Source: an uncultured bacterium (GTDB lineage: Bacteria; Krumholzibacteriota; Krumholzibacteriia; Krumholzibacteriales; Krumholzibacteriaceae). From it: DNA of 64,000 bases. The translations under genes were made by a program, and so were the position numbers. Below the pieces are notes generated by a model. The model was given only the letters and a program-made list of their open reading frames with translations, searched no databases and was not told the DNA's origin. Location: contig CAYRCK010000010.1 of the NCBI GenBank assembly GCA_964422745.1, positions 11,136 through 75,135 on the forward strand, in the 5' to 3' direction. Shown piece after piece: positions 27,591-37,065 of this stretch (position 1 is its first letter; each line of letters opens with the position of its first letter).

Positions 27591-29012
27591 CTACAGGTTG
27601 AAGCATACGACCCTCGGCTCGGTCATCTCCTGCAACGCGAATTTAATGCCCTCGCGTCCAAGCCCGCTGTTTTTCACACCGCCGAACGGCATCATGTCGA
27701 TCCTGTAATCGGTGGAGTCGTTTACCATGACACCGCCGACGTCCAAACCCCGTATCGCCCTGAAGGCATTACCGAGATCCTTAGTGAAGATGGCGGCGTG
27801 CAGGCCGAAGTCAACATCATTGGCCCGTTCAATGGCCTCGTCCAGGTCATCCACCGGGTATAGATTCACTGTCGGAGCGAACACCTCTTCCCTGTCAACC
27901 TTGCTCCCCGCAGGAACATCGGCGAGTACCGTCGGATCATATACGGCGCCCTTTCGATTCCCGCCGGTCAGCACCCTCGCACCGTCTTTCACGGCCTCCT
28001 TGACCCAGGCCTCTATCCTCTTGGCCTCCTCCTCGTTGATCATCGGCCCCATATCCGTATCCTCTTCGAGCTTTGGTCCCACCTTCATCCTTCGGGTGCC
28101 GGCCACGAAGAGCGTCTCGAAGCGTTTGTATATCCCCTTTTCGATGTAAATGCGCTGCACGCCGATACAGTTCTGCCCCGCTGCCCAGAATGCGCCCGAT
28201 ATGCACGATCCGACGGCCTGATCGAGCTCGCAGTCGCCGCACACTATAACGGGCGAGTTCGAACCGAGCTCCATGCCGATCTTCTTGAGCCCGGCCTTCT
28301 TTGCTATCTCGCTACCCGCTTCCACTCCGCCCGTGAAGCTGATCATCCTGATACGCGGATCGGTGACGAGCGCATCCCCGATCTTCGAGCCGTACCCCGT
28401 TACGATATTTAGAACATCGGCCGGCAGCCCGGCATCCATCAGTGCCTTTCCCAGCATTAGAGCCGAGAGCGGGGTCACCGTGGCCGGTTTCAGAACAACG
28501 GAGTTACCCGCCGCTATCGCCGGACCGAGCTTGTGCGCCACCAGGTTCAGCGGATCGTTGAACGGCGTGATCGCCGCGATTATCCCGATCGGGAACCTGA
28601 AGTAGTATCCCAGCCGGTTCTCCGAGCCCGGTGATGAACTAAAGGGAATGGTCTCGCCATCTATCCGCCGCGCCTCTTCCGCGGATATCGTCATCGTCTG
28701 TACGGCGCGGGCCACCTCTTTCCTGGCCTCCCGTATGGTCTTGCTTCCCTCGCAGGCGATCGTCCTTGCATATTCCTCAGAGCTGCCCTCAACGACCGAA
28801 GCGGCATTCTTCAGTATCTCCATGCGTTTGTGCACCGGGAGGCCGCTGTTGACGGCGAATCCCCTCTGTGCGGATTCTATCGCGGCTTCCACGTCCTTCT
28901 CGGTGCCCGACGGAACGGTATCCAGAACGGAGTTATCGTACGGGTCGCGAACCTCGATCGTCTCTTTCCTATCTATCCATTTACCAGCAATAAGCATCTT
29001 CATGTCGGCCAT
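27591..29012 (-). CDS. NAD(P)-dependent aldehyde dehydrogenase (lactaldehyde-DH/GapN-like subgroup)
   Basis: ITPFNDP, KPA..TP, FTGG, MELGSN, GQNCIG, EEVFAP, MPFGGVKNSG.GREG. Confidence 0.92.
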   Translation of the reverse strand: MADMKMLIAGKWIDRKETIEVRDPYDNSVLDTVPSGTEKDVEAAIESAQRGFAVNSGLPVHKRMEILKNAASVVEGSSEEYARTIACEGSKTIREARKEVARAVQTMTISAEEARRIDGETIPFSSSPGSENRLGYYFRFPIGIIAAITPFNDPLNLVAHKLGPAIAAGNSVVLKPATVTPLSALMLGKALMDAGLPADVLNIVTGYGSKIGDALVTDPRIRMISFTGGVEAGSEIAKKAGLKKIGMELGSNSPVIVCGDCELDQAVGSCISGAFWAAGQNCIGVQRIYIEKGIYKRFETLFVAGTRRMKVGPKLEEDTDMGPMINEEEAKRIEAWVKEAVKDGARVLTGGNRKGAVYDPTVLADVPAGSKVDREEVFAPTVNLYPVDDLDEAIERANDVDFGLHAAIFTKDLGNAFRAIRGLDVGGVMVNDSTDYRIDMMPFGGVKNSGLGREGIKFALQEMTEPRVVCFNL

Positions 29013-29091
29013 TCCCTTTCTATTGAATCAGTTCGACCGGCCAACCGGCACGCGCGGCGTTGCGTCCATCCGCGCTGCGCCGGATGAGCCG

Positions 29092-30123
29092 TTATTCGGC
29101 TTTGGACATCCTGTGAATGGCGAGCAGATCCGCAAGCAGCGAGAATCCGGTCTCCACCTTTCCAGCCCCCGGCCCCACGATTGTTATCTCACCCAGGAGG
29201 TCGGTTACGAATGTAAGGGCGTTTGTCGCGCCTCCGACCGATGCCAGCGGATCCGTCAGGTCGACCCTCTCGGGTTTCACCGATGCGCGCACTCCGTCCT
29301 TTTCCCTGGTGACCTTGGCGATAAGCTTCCAGCGCTTGCCCTCCCGCTTCGCCTCTTCGATATCATCGAGCGAGATTCCAGTTATCCCGGTCCTGTCCAC
29401 ATCCTTTACGGTGATATCCGCGCCCATCACGCTCTTCGCCAGAATCATGACCTTGGCCAGGGCGTCCCATCCCTCGACATCCGCATCCGGCTTTGCCTCG
29501 GCATACCCGAGCTCCTGAGCCTCCTTCAGAACATCGGCGTAATCGCGGCCCTCCTCCATATTGCACAGTATGAAGTTCGTCGTGCCGTTCATGATCCCCC
29601 TGATCTCGCTCACTTCGTTCCCGGCCAGGCAGAACTCCTCCAAGTTCAAAGCCGGCGTTCCGGCGAGAACCGTCCCCTCGTACCTGAACTGCACGCCTTT
29701 GCCGGCCGCCAGCTCGGCCAGCTCATGGAAATACAGTGCCGTCGGACCCTTGTTGGTCGTTATCAGGTGCTTCCCCGATTCGAGGGCGGCCCTGAAGTGA
29801 CTGTAAGCCGGTTCACCTGTCTCTATGTCCGTGAATGATACCTCGATCACGACATCGGCACCTGAGGCCTCTATCGTTTCCAGGGCGTCCTTTCCCGTCT
29901 CCGCGCCCGGGTAATCGGAGATCCTGTCCCCGGCGGCGAGCTCGAGAAGCTTGCCGGCGTCCAGCCCCTCCGGATTCATGGCCGAGCCCTTCTTGAAATC
30001 GCTCACGGCGACAACCGAATAATCGAATCCGAACATCCTTTTGAGATCCTTCCCCTTCTTCAGAAGGATCTCGGCCAGACCCTGCCCAACGACACCAAAT
30101 CCTATGAATGCGAGCTTCAGCAT
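29092..30123 (-). CDS. hom: Homoserine dehydrogenase (short form, no ACT domain)
   Basis: IGFGVVG, ITTNKGP, YEGTVLAG.P, GIMNGTTNFIL, AQELGYAE.P.ADVEG.D..AK, GPGAG..ET; GGAGG RBS before ATG 30123. Confidence 0.92.
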   Translation of the reverse strand: MLKLAFIGFGVVGQGLAEILLKKGKDLKRMFGFDYSVVAVSDFKKGSAMNPEGLDAGKLLELAAGDRISDYPGAETGKDALETIEASGADVVIEVSFTDIETGEPAYSHFRAALESGKHLITTNKGPTALYFHELAELAAGKGVQFRYEGTVLAGTPALNLEEFCLAGNEVSEIRGIMNGTTNFILCNMEEGRDYADVLKEAQELGYAEAKPDADVEGWDALAKVMILAKSVMGADITVKDVDRTGITGISLDDIEEAKREGKRWKLIAKVTREKDGVRASVKPERVDLTDPLASVGGATNALTFVTDLLGEITIVGPGAGKVETGFSLLADLLAIHRMSKAE

Positions 30124-30204
30124 CTCTTTCCTCCTTCGAAATATCCCCTTTTCCAAAACATCCAGGGAATGCCCCGGCAACTCTCGGAAACCCCGGCCGA
30201 CGAA

Positions 30205-30228
30205 CGGCGATCGGCGATCGGCGATCGG
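30205..30228. repeat. Heptamer tandem repeat (CGGCGAT)x3.4
   Basis: Read directly; lies between the lyase gene and hom. Confidence 0.85.
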
Positions 30229-30252
30229 AAGCGCCGCATCCCCGGTCTCCGG

Positions 30253-31440
30253 CTATACGGCGTTCAGGGCATTATCCAGATCATCCATCAGATCCTGAGC
30301 GTCCTCTAGGCCCGCCGAATAGCGTATCATATTATCGGGAACGCCGGCCTTCGCCCGTTCCTCGGGTCCGAGCTGATAATGCGTTGTCGCCGCAGGTTGG
30401 ATCGCCACGGTCTGAGACGAACCCAGGTGCGTCGTATGCACGGCTATGCTCAGGTTATCGATGACCTTCCGTGTCGATTCCAGGCCGCCCTTGACGTTGA
30501 AACTCATCATGGAAGAATACGCGCTCATCGTCTTCTTTGCGGCTTCGTGCTGCGGGTGCGACGGCAGGCCGGGATAGCTGACCGCTTCGATCTTCGGGTG
30601 GTCTTCGAGGAACTTGGCCACTTTCATCGCGTTGCTGCTGTGCCTCTCCATCCTCAGCGACAGGCTCTCGAGCCCCAGCAGGCACAGCCACGAATTGAAC
30701 GGTGAGATCGACGGCCCGATGTTCCTGTATCCTATATGCCTCACATGGTCTATGAACTTCTTCTTCCCGACGATCGCTCCCGACAGGCTGGTCGCGTTCC
30801 CGCTTATGTACTTCGTGGCCGAGTGTATGACTATATCAGCCCCCATCTCTATAGGCCGCATGAGGGCCGGCGTGCAGATGGTGTTATCCACCATCAGGGG
30901 GATCCCCCTCGATTTCGCGAGCCTCACTACCTCGGGAAGGTCCGCGACGAAGAGGTTCGGATTGCTCGGCGACTCGACATGCAGGAGCTTGGTCTTGGGA
31001 GTTATCGCCTTCTCCCAGCTCTCGATCTTGTCGGGCTCCAAAACCCAATTCGTCTTGATCCCCATCCTGGGCATGGATTCCGCGAAGAGCTGTTGGGTCC
31101 CCCCGTACACTCTGACCGAAGATGTGATCTCCTCGCCGGCCTCGACGAGATGATGGGCGACCATGAAAACAGCGGCCATCCCCGATGCCGTGGCGAGCCC
31201 CGCCTCCGCGCCCTCGAGCATCGCAAGCCTCTTCTCGAAGATGTCGTTAGTCGGGTTGTTGATCCTGCCGTACGCGAATCCCTCGATCTTGTAGCTGTAC
31301 AGATCAGCGGCCCATTCGGCGGACTCATACGGGAATACGGCGCTCTGTATGATCGGAGGAGCCATTGTCCTGTATCGAAGCTGCTCCTCCCAGTCGAATC
31401 CACCCTTAACCGCCACCGTATCAAAACGCTTGCCTTTCAC
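30253..31440 (-). CDS. PLP-dependent Cys/Met-metabolism (trans-sulfuration) family enzyme, divergent
   Basis: YGRINNPT, SGMAA, YGGT, ESPSNP, DNT, HSATKY (PLP lysine), V.YPGL, IRYSAGLED. AGGAGG RBS supports GTG 31440. Confidence 0.88.
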   Translation of the reverse strand: MKGKRFDTVAVKGGFDWEEQLRYRTMAPPIIQSAVFPYESAEWAADLYSYKIEGFAYGRINNPTNDIFEKRLAMLEGAEAGLATASGMAAVFMVAHHLVEAGEEITSSVRVYGGTQQLFAESMPRMGIKTNWVLEPDKIESWEKAITPKTKLLHVESPSNPNLFVADLPEVVRLAKSRGIPLMVDNTICTPALMRPIEMGADIVIHSATKYISGNATSLSGAIVGKKKFIDHVRHIGYRNIGPSISPFNSWLCLLGLESLSLRMERHSSNAMKVAKFLEDHPKIEAVSYPGLPSHPQHEAAKKTMSAYSSMMSFNVKGGLESTRKVIDNLSIAVHTTHLGSSQTVAIQPAATTHYQLGPEERAKAGVPDNMIRYSAGLEDAQDLMDDLDNALNAV

Positions 31441-31548
31441 TTTCAAGCCTCCTTTCGACGATCCACAATCATTCAGTATAATGTCCCTTACATCCAATCG
31501 CTCGCGGCTTATCCTTGAATCCCGACAACTGCCGCCCTAGCTTTACCT

Positions 31549-32100
31549 TCACACCGCTTCTTTTTTCCCCGGACCTCCCTTCTTTCCGTTCACCAGGCGG
31601 CCATAATCCCTTTCACCGACGCTCCAGCTTACGGGCAGCGCCGTCTCCTTCTTCAATACGGAGAGGACGAACATCGTCTTAACCTTATCGATACCCTTGA
31701 TCCTCGTCAGCGCGTTAAGCAGGAAATCCTCGTAATCGTCGATATCCCTCGAATAGATCTTGAGAAGATAATCCTCGCCTCCAGCCAAGTGGTAGCACTC
31801 GAGAACGTTCTCGCACATACCGATGAACCTGTGAAAATTCTCGATCGAATCCGACCTGTGCATATTCAGCGAGACGGATGCGAACGCCACCGTTCCCAGG
31901 CCTGTCTTTTTGTTGTCCACGATGGCCGTGTACCTCTCGATCACCTCCCTATCCTCCAGCTTGCGTACGCGCTCGAGGACCGCCGGCGGGCTGAGCCCGA
32001 CCTCGGCGGCCAGCTGAACGTTCGGTATCCGGCCCTGCTCCTGAAGGATCTCTATGATCCGCCGGTCGATAGGATGTAAATCACACTCCTCGTTAGCCAT
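31549..32100 (-). CDS. Lrp/AsnC-family transcriptional regulator
   Basis: DRRIIEILQ..GRI.N..LA..VGLSPPAVLERVRKLE; ECYHLAG..DYLLK. Confidence 0.93.
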   Translation of the reverse strand: MANEECDLHPIDRRIIEILQEQGRIPNVQLAAEVGLSPPAVLERVRKLEDREVIERYTAIVDNKKTGLGTVAFASVSLNMHRSDSIENFHRFIGMCENVLECYHLAGGEDYLLKIYSRDIDDYEDFLLNALTRIKGIDKVKTMFVLSVLKKETALPVSWSVGERDYGRLVNGKKGGPGKKEAV

Positions 32101-32150
32101 ACGACCCCTATTACCTTTCATTATTAATGAATAATGCTAATCTGCCGAAT

Positions 32151-32179
32151 ATTTTAAAGTAATACTAGAAATAAGTCAA
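32151..32179 (-). promoter_or_regulatory. Sigma70 promoter for the lrp-lyase-hom-ALDH unit
   Basis: TTGACT-17 nt-TAAAAT on the minus strand, in an AT-rich stretch. Confidence 0.7.
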
Positions 32180-32249
32180 TAATTATTCTGAAAATGGAGG
32201 CTCATTTCCACCTCCAAACCGCTAACCATCACGCACACATGCCGATACG

Positions 32250-32486
32250 ATGTGCCCGGATACCGCTCACGGCCGTAAGTATTGCTTGCCTATTCGAAAG
32301 GAGGATGTCGTAACCTTCGAGGGCGGTTCATTCGTCACAGATCCGGACGGTCGGATCATCGCGAAGGCGCCCCTTGGAGAGGATTGTATCCTTTACTGCG
32401 ATATGGATCTCGGAACCGTCGAGGCCTCTCACGCGAGGAGGCACTTCCTGAAAGGCCGAAGGCCCGGTATCTACGGAGAGCTCTGA
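32250..32486 (+). pseudogene. C-terminal remnant of a carbon-nitrogen hydrolase (nitrilase family, N-carbamoylputrescine amidase-like)
   Basis: EDVVTFEGGSFVTDPDGRIIAKAPLGEDCILYCDMDL…RRHFLKGRRPGIY matches the family C-terminus; the catalytic E/K/C region is absent. Confidence 0.7.
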
Positions 32487-32495
32487 ATGCGGGGC

Positions 32496-33713
32496 CTACT
32501 CGAACAGCTCGAGGTATTCCCCGTACCCCTCCTTCTCCAGATCCTCTTTCGGTATGAACCTGAGCGAGGCTGAGTTTATGCAGTATCTCATGCCGGCAGG
32601 TCCCGGACCGTCACTGAATAGATGACCGAGATGGGAACCGCCGCCCCTGCTTCTCACCTCGATCCGGACCATCGAATGGCTGAGGTCCTCGTGCTCGGTA
32701 ATGTTATCCTCCTCGAGAGGACGAGTGAAGCTGGGCCACCCGGATCCGGAGTCGTACTTGTCGAGCGAGCAGAAGAGGGGCTCCCCCGTCACCACATCGA
32801 CATATATCCCCTCCCGCTTGTTATCCCAGTACTCGTTTCTGAACGGCGGCTCCGTGCCGCAGTTCTGCGTCACCTTGAACTGCATGGGCGTAAGCTTCTC
32901 TTTGAGGACGGAGATATCGGGCTTCCTATATCCCCTCTCGGACATACCGGCATCCCCGATCGAGCCCGCACCTTTCTCCCCCGGCAGCTCCCCATCTACC
33001 CTATCCCGGGATCCCCGATTCTTTTCCCCGGCGGCATCATCATTCTTCATGGAATCGGCTCCACCGATCCCGGCCGGCACCCCGCCCCCACCCCAAACCC
33101 TATCCAGAAAACGGTCGCGGCCCGATCCCGACCTGTAGCGCTTGTAGCGGGCCGGACATGCCCTGTAATACCCCTGGTGATACCCCTCCGCCTCGTAGAA
33201 GGCATCGAATTCGATCACCGGTGTGACTATCTCGCCTTCGAATACGCCGGAGGAGGCCAGCGCCCTCTTCGAAGCCTCCGCGGCCGCCTTCTGATCGTCG
33301 TTGTGATAGAATATCGCCGTCCGGTACTGCGATCCCCTGTCGACAAACTGTCCTCCCGGATCTGTTGGATCGACGATTCTCCAGAAAACATCCAGGAGTT
33401 TCTCGTAGGAGACCACATCCGGATCGAAATAGACCTGCACGGCTTCAAAGTGGCCTGTATTGCCCGAGCAGACCTCCTCGTAGGATGGATTCCTCTTCGA
33501 TCCACCGGTATACCCAGATATGACCTTTTCCACTCCATCGATTCTTTCGAAGTCCGCCTCCGTACACCAGAAGCATCCCCCTGCAAATGTGGCGACGGCC
33601 GTCCCGCCCCTTCCTACTTCGGTATTCACAACATCCTCCTCACCGGCATAACCTGCATGGCATATGCACAAGATCAACGCAAGCAACGCGGGTATACTAC
33701 GGTACGAATTCAT
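32496..33713 (-). CDS. msrAB: Exported bifunctional methionine sulfoxide reductase MsrA/MsrB
   Basis: Signal peptide; GGCFWC, QYRTAIF (MsrA); [32 protein letters not shown] (MsrB). Confidence 0.95.
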   Translation of the reverse strand: MNSYRSIPALLALILCICHAGYAGEEDVVNTEVGRGGTAVATFAGGCFWCTEADFERIDGVEKVISGYTGGSKRNPSYEEVCSGNTGHFEAVQVYFDPDVVSYEKLLDVFWRIVDPTDPGGQFVDRGSQYRTAIFYHNDDQKAAAEASKRALASSGVFEGEIVTPVIEFDAFYEAEGYHQGYYRACPARYKRYRSGSGRDRFLDRVWGGGGVPAGIGGADSMKNDDAAGEKNRGSRDRVDGELPGEKGAGSIGDAGMSERGYRKPDISVLKEKLTPMQFKVTQNCGTEPPFRNEYWDNKREGIYVDVVTGEPLFCSLDKYDSGSGWPSFTRPLEEDNITEHEDLSHSMVRIEVRSRGGGSHLGHLFSDGPGPAGMRYCINSASLRFIPKEDLEKEGYGEYLELFE

Positions 33714-33809
33714 ATCAAATCACCTGCTCCTGTCTCTTCCGTGACGGTCGACCTCAGGGGCTGATCCCGGCGGATCAAGCCACCCCGGACGGTCCGTGAC
33801 AGTGCCGCC

Positions 33810-34511
33810 TCAGAAAATCACCGACACACCTATGTATATTGCGAGGAGGTCGGTCTTCGACTCTTCGACATCGTAAAGCACACGCCCGTCCTCGCGCCTG
33901 ATCGACCCCTCCTTTAGATACTGCGCCTCGCCTCCCTTGAGATACCGCGCACCTATGTCCGCGTATACCTTGAAGGGCTTCGATCGCAGTTTCTCCCCCC
34001 CGGCCAGGATCTCGAACATGATCCCCCCGCCGCCCCCGTAGCTGAGCACCCCGTCGTCCCAGTTCGTGTCGCTGGCTACGTTTTCCGCCTGACTCTCGAT
34101 GCTGGTCTGTGTGAACAGGTAATGGAAGCCGATGACGCCGTCTATATAAGGCCGGAAAAGACCCGAGGGAGGCTGGAGCCTGAGGACCGCGTGGCCGGTC
34201 AGGATATAGTTCCTCGTTTCGACATCCACAGTCACATCGGGGATCGTCATGCTGAACGGCTCCTCGCGCGACTCGCTCCCGTAGATGAGACCGCCCAACG
34301 ACGCACCGATCGCCACGGGGGATGACGGCATGAAGAACAGCGCCTGCCCCGTGAAACCGTACCCGTTGTTCTCGACCTTCTCGTCGAACTCGCCCTTCGG
34401 CAGCGCTACCGTGAAATGTCCGCCTACGCCCACCTGGCACAGGGCGGGAGGTGACGGCAGCAGCGTTATTACGGCAGCGGCGACGGCGCAGATACAAGCG
34501 GCTCTTCTCAT
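33810..34511 (-). CDS. Outer-membrane beta-barrel protein
   Basis: Signal peptide; alternating amphipathic strands; C-terminal GVSVIF. Confidence 0.75.
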   Translation of the reverse strand: MRRAACICAVAAAVITLLPSPPALCQVGVGGHFTVALPKGEFDEKVENNGYGFTGQALFFMPSSPVAIGASLGGLIYGSESREEPFSMTIPDVTVDVETRNYILTGHAVLRLQPPSGLFRPYIDGVIGFHYLFTQTSIESQAENVASDTNWDDGVLSYGGGGGIMFEILAGGEKLRSKPFKVYADIGARYLKGGEAQYLKEGSIRREDGRVLYDVEESKTDLLAIYIGVSVIF

Positions 34512-34776
34512 CTCTACTTCCTTTCATCCATACGGCTCGACTAATCGACGATCGAGGATCGATCACATAGAATCCATCCCGTAATACGAAGATAACGTGA
34601 ATATCGTTTCTCGGTCAAATCAACTCTACACGGACCGCTCGTGAACGGAGGACTGCTGCAATACGTTAAATTTTTTTACGGCTGGCGTAAAAGCGTATCA
34701 ATCACCCCAGCATTGGGATATCGCCCACGGCATCTCGTCGGATTGCGGCCCAAACCGGCTATGATATACAATATAC

Positions 34777-34805
34777 TTGACTTATCCCATGATAGCTGAT
34801 ATCAT
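34777..34805 (+). promoter_or_regulatory. Sigma70-type promoter about 190 nt upstream of the propeller gene
   Basis: TTGACT-17 nt-TATCAT. Confidence 0.6.
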
Positions 34806-34996
34806 TTGTAATGGTAATTCGTTCTGTTTTGGCTCTTTGCCCCGATATGACAGCGGGCGCTCAGCCTGCGGAATATGGAGGGGTTTGCCGTGCGCTGTGA
34901 AGTAAAGTAAATGCAACCAGGGAGCTTTGTATCAGGCCCATAACCTACTCTCCAACCTTACGTTAAGGCTCCTCCAATTACTTTGCCCGAGGAGAT

Positions 34997-36976
34997 GTGC
35001 TTATGCGCAGGTATAGTATCAGTATCTCATTACTGCTCATAATCCCGCAGCTGGCATTCGCCGGCATCCCGATACTCTACCCAAACTGGCTCATTGACGG
35101 AGCCCCTGTGACTACAGAAACCGGTACGCAGTGGTTCCCGAGGCTCGTGGCCGATGGCGAGGGCGGAGCCATCATAGCCTGGATGGACAAACGCTCGAAA
35201 GACTACTACGACATCTACGCCCAGAGGATCGACACCGATGGATACATCCTCTGGACAACGGACGGCATCCCAGTCTGCACCGCCGGCGGGGACCAGCGCG
35301 AGCACTGGATCGCCACGGACGGTTCGGGCGGGGCGATCGTTACATGGGCCGATTACCGCAGCGGATCCGACTCGGATATCTACGCCCAGAGGATCGATCC
35401 GAACGGCAACACGATGTGGACCGGCGACGGCGTAGCCGTGTGCTCCGCCGAAGGGGACCAGACCTCACCGCAGATCGTCGAGGACGGCTCGGGCGCAACG
35501 GTGATAACGTGGGTCGACGCGAGAAGCGGCGCGGGTGAAGAGGACATATACGCAATGAAGATCGACCCGGATGGAAATGCGCTCTGGACCTGGCAGGGGG
35601 TCGCCGTCACGGCGGCTTCGCACGATCAATATGCACCGCAGATCACTTCAGACGGCGCCGGAGGCGCCATCATTGCATGGGAGGACAAAAGAGCGGGGGG
35701 AAATCCCGACATCTACGCCCAGAGGATCGACAGCGGGGGAAATGCGCTTTGGACGGCTGACGGCGTGATGGTGAGCCTCTCGGACAGCGCGGACTGCAAT
35801 CTGCGCATGGCGTACGATGAAGACGGCGGAGCTATCTTAACGTGGGATAACAACGGCGGGGGATCCTTCGATATCTTCGCCCAGCGGCTGGATGCCTCTG
35901 GGAATCCCCTTTGGGCTCCCGGAGGTCTGGGCGTTTGCACGGCGCCCTCTCCCCAGATCAAACCGGAGATCGTATCGGATATGGCATCCGGAGCCATCAT
36001 AGCGTGGACCGATCTGCGCAACGTCCTGGGATCGGATATCTACGCCCAGAGAGTCGACGCCGGGGGCGGCATAATGTGGTCCGCCGACGGCGTACTGGTC
36101 TGCGGAGCGGAGAGCAATCAGAGTTATCATAAAATCGCAACGGACGGGCTGGGCGGAGCGGTCATCACCTGGCGTGACGAGCGCGTCGATAACAACAACG
36201 CCGACATATACGCCCAGCGGGTCGATCACGACGGTGGAATTCAATGGACCGAAGGCGGTGTCCGCATTTGCGCCGCAGACGGTCTCCAGACAAAGCCGCA
36301 GCTCGTATATGAGGGCTACTGCGGAGTCATAATCGCCTGGGCCGATTTTCGCAACCTGTACGACTCGGACATATACGCCATGAAGGTATGCGAGGGATTG
36401 CCCCCTGTGGCTACCCTCCTCCAGAGCTCGTCGTGTTCGATCGATGGAGCCGATGTGGTCATAGAATGGACGCTGACCGAAACCGGACCCGACGTTGATT
36501 TCCACGTCTACCGGGCGCCTGCTTATTCAGCCACGTTCGTGGAAATATTCGATCCGCAAATAATAAGGAGCAACCTCAATTTCTCGTTCAGGGACAGGGG
36601 AACGGAACCGGGGCGCTCATACCGGTATGCGGTAGAGATGGAGGACGAATCGGGAAGAAGCACACTGTTCATGACGGATGACGTAACCGTTCCCGCTGCG
36701 TTTCTATCATTGGAGCAGAACCACCCTAATCCATTCAATCCGGTTACGACTATAGGCTATTACGTTCCGCGTGAATGCCGGATCGAGCTCGGCGTTTACG
36801 ATGTTTCCGGCACGCTCGTCAAGCGTGTCACAAGCGGAAGTGTCCCGGCGGGTCATCATAAAGCGACGTGGAGCGGCATCGACGAATCGGGGAGGCCGGC
36901 CGCTTCCGGTGTATACTTCTACCGTCTCAGAGCAGGCAAGGAAGTGATAACCCGCAAGATGACGCTTCTCAGGTGA
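34997..36976 (+). CDS. Secreted 8-repeat beta-propeller-like protein with FlgD-Ig/T9SS-type tail
   Basis: Eight ~55-aa repeats W..DG..V…Q..P.I..DG.GGAII.W.D.R…DIYAQRID; C-terminus QNHPNPFNPVTTI…SGVYFYRL…KMTLLR. Confidence 0.85.
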   Translation: MLMRRYSISISLLLIIPQLAFAGIPILYPNWLIDGAPVTTETGTQWFPRLVADGEGGAIIAWMDKRSKDYYDIYAQRIDTDGYILWTTDGIPVCTAGGDQREHWIATDGSGGAIVTWADYRSGSDSDIYAQRIDPNGNTMWTGDGVAVCSAEGDQTSPQIVEDGSGATVITWVDARSGAGEEDIYAMKIDPDGNALWTWQGVAVTAASHDQYAPQITSDGAGGAIIAWEDKRAGGNPDIYAQRIDSGGNALWTADGVMVSLSDSADCNLRMAYDEDGGAILTWDNNGGGSFDIFAQRLDASGNPLWAPGGLGVCTAPSPQIKPEIVSDMASGAIIAWTDLRNVLGSDIYAQRVDAGGGIMWSADGVLVCGAESNQSYHKIATDGLGGAVITWRDERVDNNNADIYAQRVDHDGGIQWTEGGVRICAADGLQTKPQLVYEGYCGVIIAWADFRNLYDSDIYAMKVCEGLPPVATLLQSSSCSIDGADVVIEWTLTETGPDVDFHVYRAPAYSATFVEIFDPQIIRSNLNFSFRDRGTEPGRSYRYAVEMEDESGRSTLFMTDDVTVPAAFLSLEQNHPNPFNPVTTIGYYVPRECRIELGVYDVSGTLVKRVTSGSVPAGHHKATWSGIDESGRPAASGVYFYRLRAGKEVITRKMTLLR

Positions 36977-37007
36977 CCTTCGCTCCATATGCCGCGGTTC
37001 AACCAAG

Positions 37008-37033
37008 AAGGGGAGCCTGCACAGGCTCCCCTT
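37008..37033. terminator. Bidirectional terminator between convergent genes
   Basis: AAGGGGAGCCT-GCAC-AGGCTCCCCTT, perfect 11-bp stem. Confidence 0.8.
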
Positions 37034-37065
37034 TAGCATCAGTCATCACGAACTCGAACAGGCCG

